From a virus (Duplodnaviria; Heunggongvirae; Uroviricota; Caudoviricetes): a stretch of 7,997 nucleotides of DNA. The stretch lies in the IMG/VR virus record IMGVR_UViG_2565956613_000013; one strand, given 5' to 3'. The stretch's first letter is position 1. Each line of letters begins with the position of its first letter. Shown piece by piece: positions 6,307 through 7,997 of the stretch. Under the pieces are notes generated by a model. The model did no database searches. It was given only the letters and a program-made list of their open reading frames with translations, and was not told the DNA's origin. The translations under genes and the position numbers were made by a program.

Positions 6307-7997
6307 ATGAATGACGTTACAGTTGTTACATCGGTTACTTACCCATCACCCGAGTCGTTGGCTCTGGTGGCTGATGTGCAATACCACGAACCATATCTGT
6401 CAGCCGCTCTAAACCGAAAATTCAGGGGAATTGTTGACCCGGGATTTTATGCTGGTTTCTTGCCTAAGCCTGGCGGTGGGATGAACCTGTTAATCACCTC
6501 AGTGGATGGAGATAAAACCGCTGGCGCGGCGTCAGTGGATATTGGTGAATTCTACCAGGTAACTATTCAGCATCGTAAGGATATCTCTCTTGCACTTAAC
6601 GCAGGCAAGAAATATGCAATTGTGCTGAAGGGAAGATACCTTCTTGGAGAAGATACCTATCAGGTGAATACCGCGTCACATATTCATGCAGCTGAATTTG
6701 TTGCCAGAACCTATACCGATTCATATCAGTTAGGTGATGGGGAACTGCTGGTTTGTACGGTGAATATCCCTGCTGGCGTATCTACCATTACTCAAGAGAT
6801 GATTGATACATCCGAGCGTATCAACCGCACGATCGGCATTGATATTTCAGACTCTGTAACCAGTACCAGAAGTGATGTTGCTGCGAGTTCGCTGGCAGTT
6901 AAAAAAGCCTACGATCTGGCGAAAAGCAAGTATACGGCGCAGGATGCAAGCACAACGCAAAAGGGATTAGTTCAGCTCAGTAGTGCCACTAACAGTACGT
7001 CCGAAGTGCTGGCCGCCACACCGAAAGCTGTCAAGGCTGCATATGACCTGGCTAACGGGAAGTATACAGCCCAGGATGCAACCACGACACAAAAAGGGAT
7101 AGTTCAGCTCAGTAGCGACACCAACAGCACTTCTGAAACATTAGCTGCAACTCCAAAAGCGGTTAAAGCTGCATACGATCTAGCAGCCGGAAAGGCACCA
7201 TCCAGTCATACACATCCCTGGAATCAGATCACTGGTGTGCCAACAGCTTCATTGACAGCGAAAGGCATCACTCAGCTCAGTAGTGCCACTAACAGCACGT
7301 CTGAAGTGCTGGCCGCCACACCGAAAGCTGTCAAGTCTGTAAAAGATCTTGCTGATACCAAAGCGCCAATAGAAAGCCCGAGTCTGACAGGAACGCCAAC
7401 CGCGCCGACGGCAGCGCAAGGTACAAACAGCACGCAGATCGCAAATACAGCCTTTGTTAAGGCAGCTATAACGGCACTTATCAACGGTGCACCTGGCACA
7501 TTGGATACGCTGAAAGAAATAGCGGCTGCGATCAATAACGACCCGAATTTCAGCACAACTATCAACAATGCCTTGGCTCTCAAAGCGCCTTTGGCAAGCC
7601 CTGCATTAACGGGTGTCCCTACTGCGCCTACCGCTGCACAGGGTACGAATAACACGCAGATTGCTACGACCGCTTATGTAAGAGCTGCCATATCCGCATT
7701 GGTTGGTTCATCACCAGAAGCTCTTGATACCCTGAATGAGCTTGCCGCAGCACTTGGCAATGACCCGAACTTTGCGACAACAATGACAAATGCGCTGGCA
7801 GGCAAACAGCCTCTGGATGCAACTTTAACCGCTCTCGCTGCCCTTGCGACTGGTGCAAACAAACTGCCTTATTTCACTGGTAAGGATACGGTAGCTCAGA
7901 CTGATTTAACGTCAGTCGGTCGCGATATTCTGGCTAAAACAAGCACACTGGCCGTTATCCAATACCTTGGTTTAAGAGAACTCGGTACCAGCGGTGA
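6307..7997 (+). CDS. Side tail fibre protein, constant N-terminal part (P1/Mu S-type, lambda Stf / P2 H-related); 3' partial, continues beyond the window
   Basis: I translated this by hand from the ATG at 6307 (AGGA at 6295-6298): frame 1 is open for 563 codons to the window end. It is missing from the supplied ORF track because it has no stop inside the window. It contains the tail-fibre repeat KG(L/I)VQLSSATNSTSE(V/T)LAATPKAVKAAYDLA and the conserved block NDPNFATTMTNALAGKQPLDATLTALAALATGANKLPYFTGKDTVAQTDLTSVGRDILAK that I recall from lambda Stf and P2 H. Confidence 0.9.
   Translation, partial: MNDVTVVTSVTYPSPESLALVADVQYHEPYLSAALNRKFRGIVDPGFYAGFLPKPGGGMNLLITSVDGDKTAGAASVDIGEFYQVTIQHRKDISLALNAGKKYAIVLKGRYLLGEDTYQVNTASHIHAAEFVARTYTDSYQLGDGELLVCTVNIPAGVSTITQEMIDTSERINRTIGIDISDSVTSTRSDVAASSLAVKKAYDLAKSKYTAQDASTTQKGLVQLSSATNSTSEVLAATPKAVKAAYDLANGKYTAQDATTTQKGIVQLSSDTNSTSETLAATPKAVKAAYDLAAGKAPSSHTHPWNQITGVPTASLTAKGITQLSSATNSTSEVLAATPKAVKSVKDLADTKAPIESPSLTGTPTAPTAAQGTNSTQIANTAFVKAAITALINGAPGTLDTLKEIAAAINNDPNFSTTINNALALKAPLASPALTGVPTAPTAAQGTNNTQIATTAYVRAAISALVGSSPEALDTLNELAAALGNDPNFATTMTNALAGKQPLDATLTALAALATGANKLPYFTGKDTVAQTDLTSVGRDILAKTSTLAVIQYLGLRELGTSG
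6901..7335 (+). repeat. In-frame tail-fibre repeats: two tandem 44-aa units (6901-7032, 7033-7164) plus a third partial copy (7258-7335)
   Basis: Units KKAYDLAKSKYTAQDASTTQKGLVQLSSATNSTSEVLAATPKAV and KAAYDLANGKYTAQDATTTQKGIVQLSSDTNSTSETLAATPKAV have a 132-nt period. Nucleotides 6972-7035 and 7272-7335 match over 64 nt with 2 mismatches (6996 and 7002), exactly 300 bp apart. Confidence 0.85.
7360..7803 (+). repeat. Two tandem 74-aa (222-nt) repeats in the tail fibre
   Basis: Unit 1 (7360-7581) KAPIESPSLTGTPTAPTAAQGTNSTQIANTAFVKAAITALINGAPGTLDTLKEIAAAINNDPNFSTTINNALAL versus unit 2 (7582-7803) KAPLASPALTGVPTAPTAAQGTNNTQIATTAYVRAAISALVGSSPEALDTLNELAAALGNDPNFATTMTNALAG; I counted 51/74 identical residues. 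The nucleotide sequences are diverged. Confidence 0.8.
7955..7980. other. Candidate 26-bp DNA-invertase crossover site (hix/gix/cix family) inside the fibre coding sequence; likely left boundary of an invertible host-range segment
   Basis: TTATCCAATACCTTGGTTTAAGAGAA. Its reverse complement TTCTCTTAAACCAAGGTATTGGATAA matches the Mu gixL sequence as I recall it (TTCCTGTAAACCGAGGTTTTGGATAA) at 21 of 26 positions, and matches Salmonella hixL at 20 of 26. It has the imperfect dyad around a central TT/AA typical of these sites, and it sits where P1 and Mu place the site in the S gene. Confidence 0.6.

Noticed and set aside
6300-6314. ATG at 6300 as an alternative fibre start or a mini-ORF (ATG CTT GAT GAA TGA)
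   Set aside because: It encodes only four residues before a stop. The in-frame ATG at 6307 with AGGA 8 nt upstream is the credible fibre start.
6901-7803. Possible CRISPR array or non-coding tandem repeat, given the repeated near-identical segments
   Set aside because: The repeats are in frame within a continuous ORF, have 132-nt and 222-nt periods with no short unique spacers, and encode recognisable fibre repeat peptides.
7272-7862. Minus-strand ORFs of 127, 64 and 62 aa opposite the tail fibre gene
   Set aside because: They are the antisense reading of the Ala/Thr/Gly-rich fibre repeats, which naturally lack stop codons on the opposite strand. The + strand fibre ORF is continuous and recognisably conserved.
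1-7997. Integrase, transposase, tRNA or att site that would mark a prophage boundary or mobile element
   Set aside because: None was seen. The entire window is internal to a structural gene cluster, with no recombinase-like ORF and no tRNA-like sequence.

Overview
The window is one co-directional (+ strand) block of six tightly packed phage structural genes: the distal-tail, baseplate and tail-fibre module of a contractile-tailed enterobacterial phage or prophage. The gene order is a tape-measure-like protein with an embedded lytic transglycosylase (SLT) domain, a gp25/GPW-like small baseplate protein, a large baseplate protein, a gpI-like tail protein, a 144-aa protein, and the constant part of a repeat-rich side tail fibre. 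From memory this matches the phage P1 sit-pmgA-bplA-16-R-S block; I could not run any search, so that assignment is a recollection, not a result. The fibre ORF runs off the 3' edge and, just before the edge, contains a 26-bp site matching the hix/gix/cix invertase crossover family, so a Cin/Gin-type invertible host-range segment probably starts there. I saw no tRNA, rRNA, CRISPR array, IS element or integrase. Nothing here looks like an undescribed system; it reads as a known type of phage tail module. The points most worth checking are the invertase site, the near-identical 64-nt direct repeats inside the fibre gene, and the GC-rich hairpin in the only real intergenic gap.
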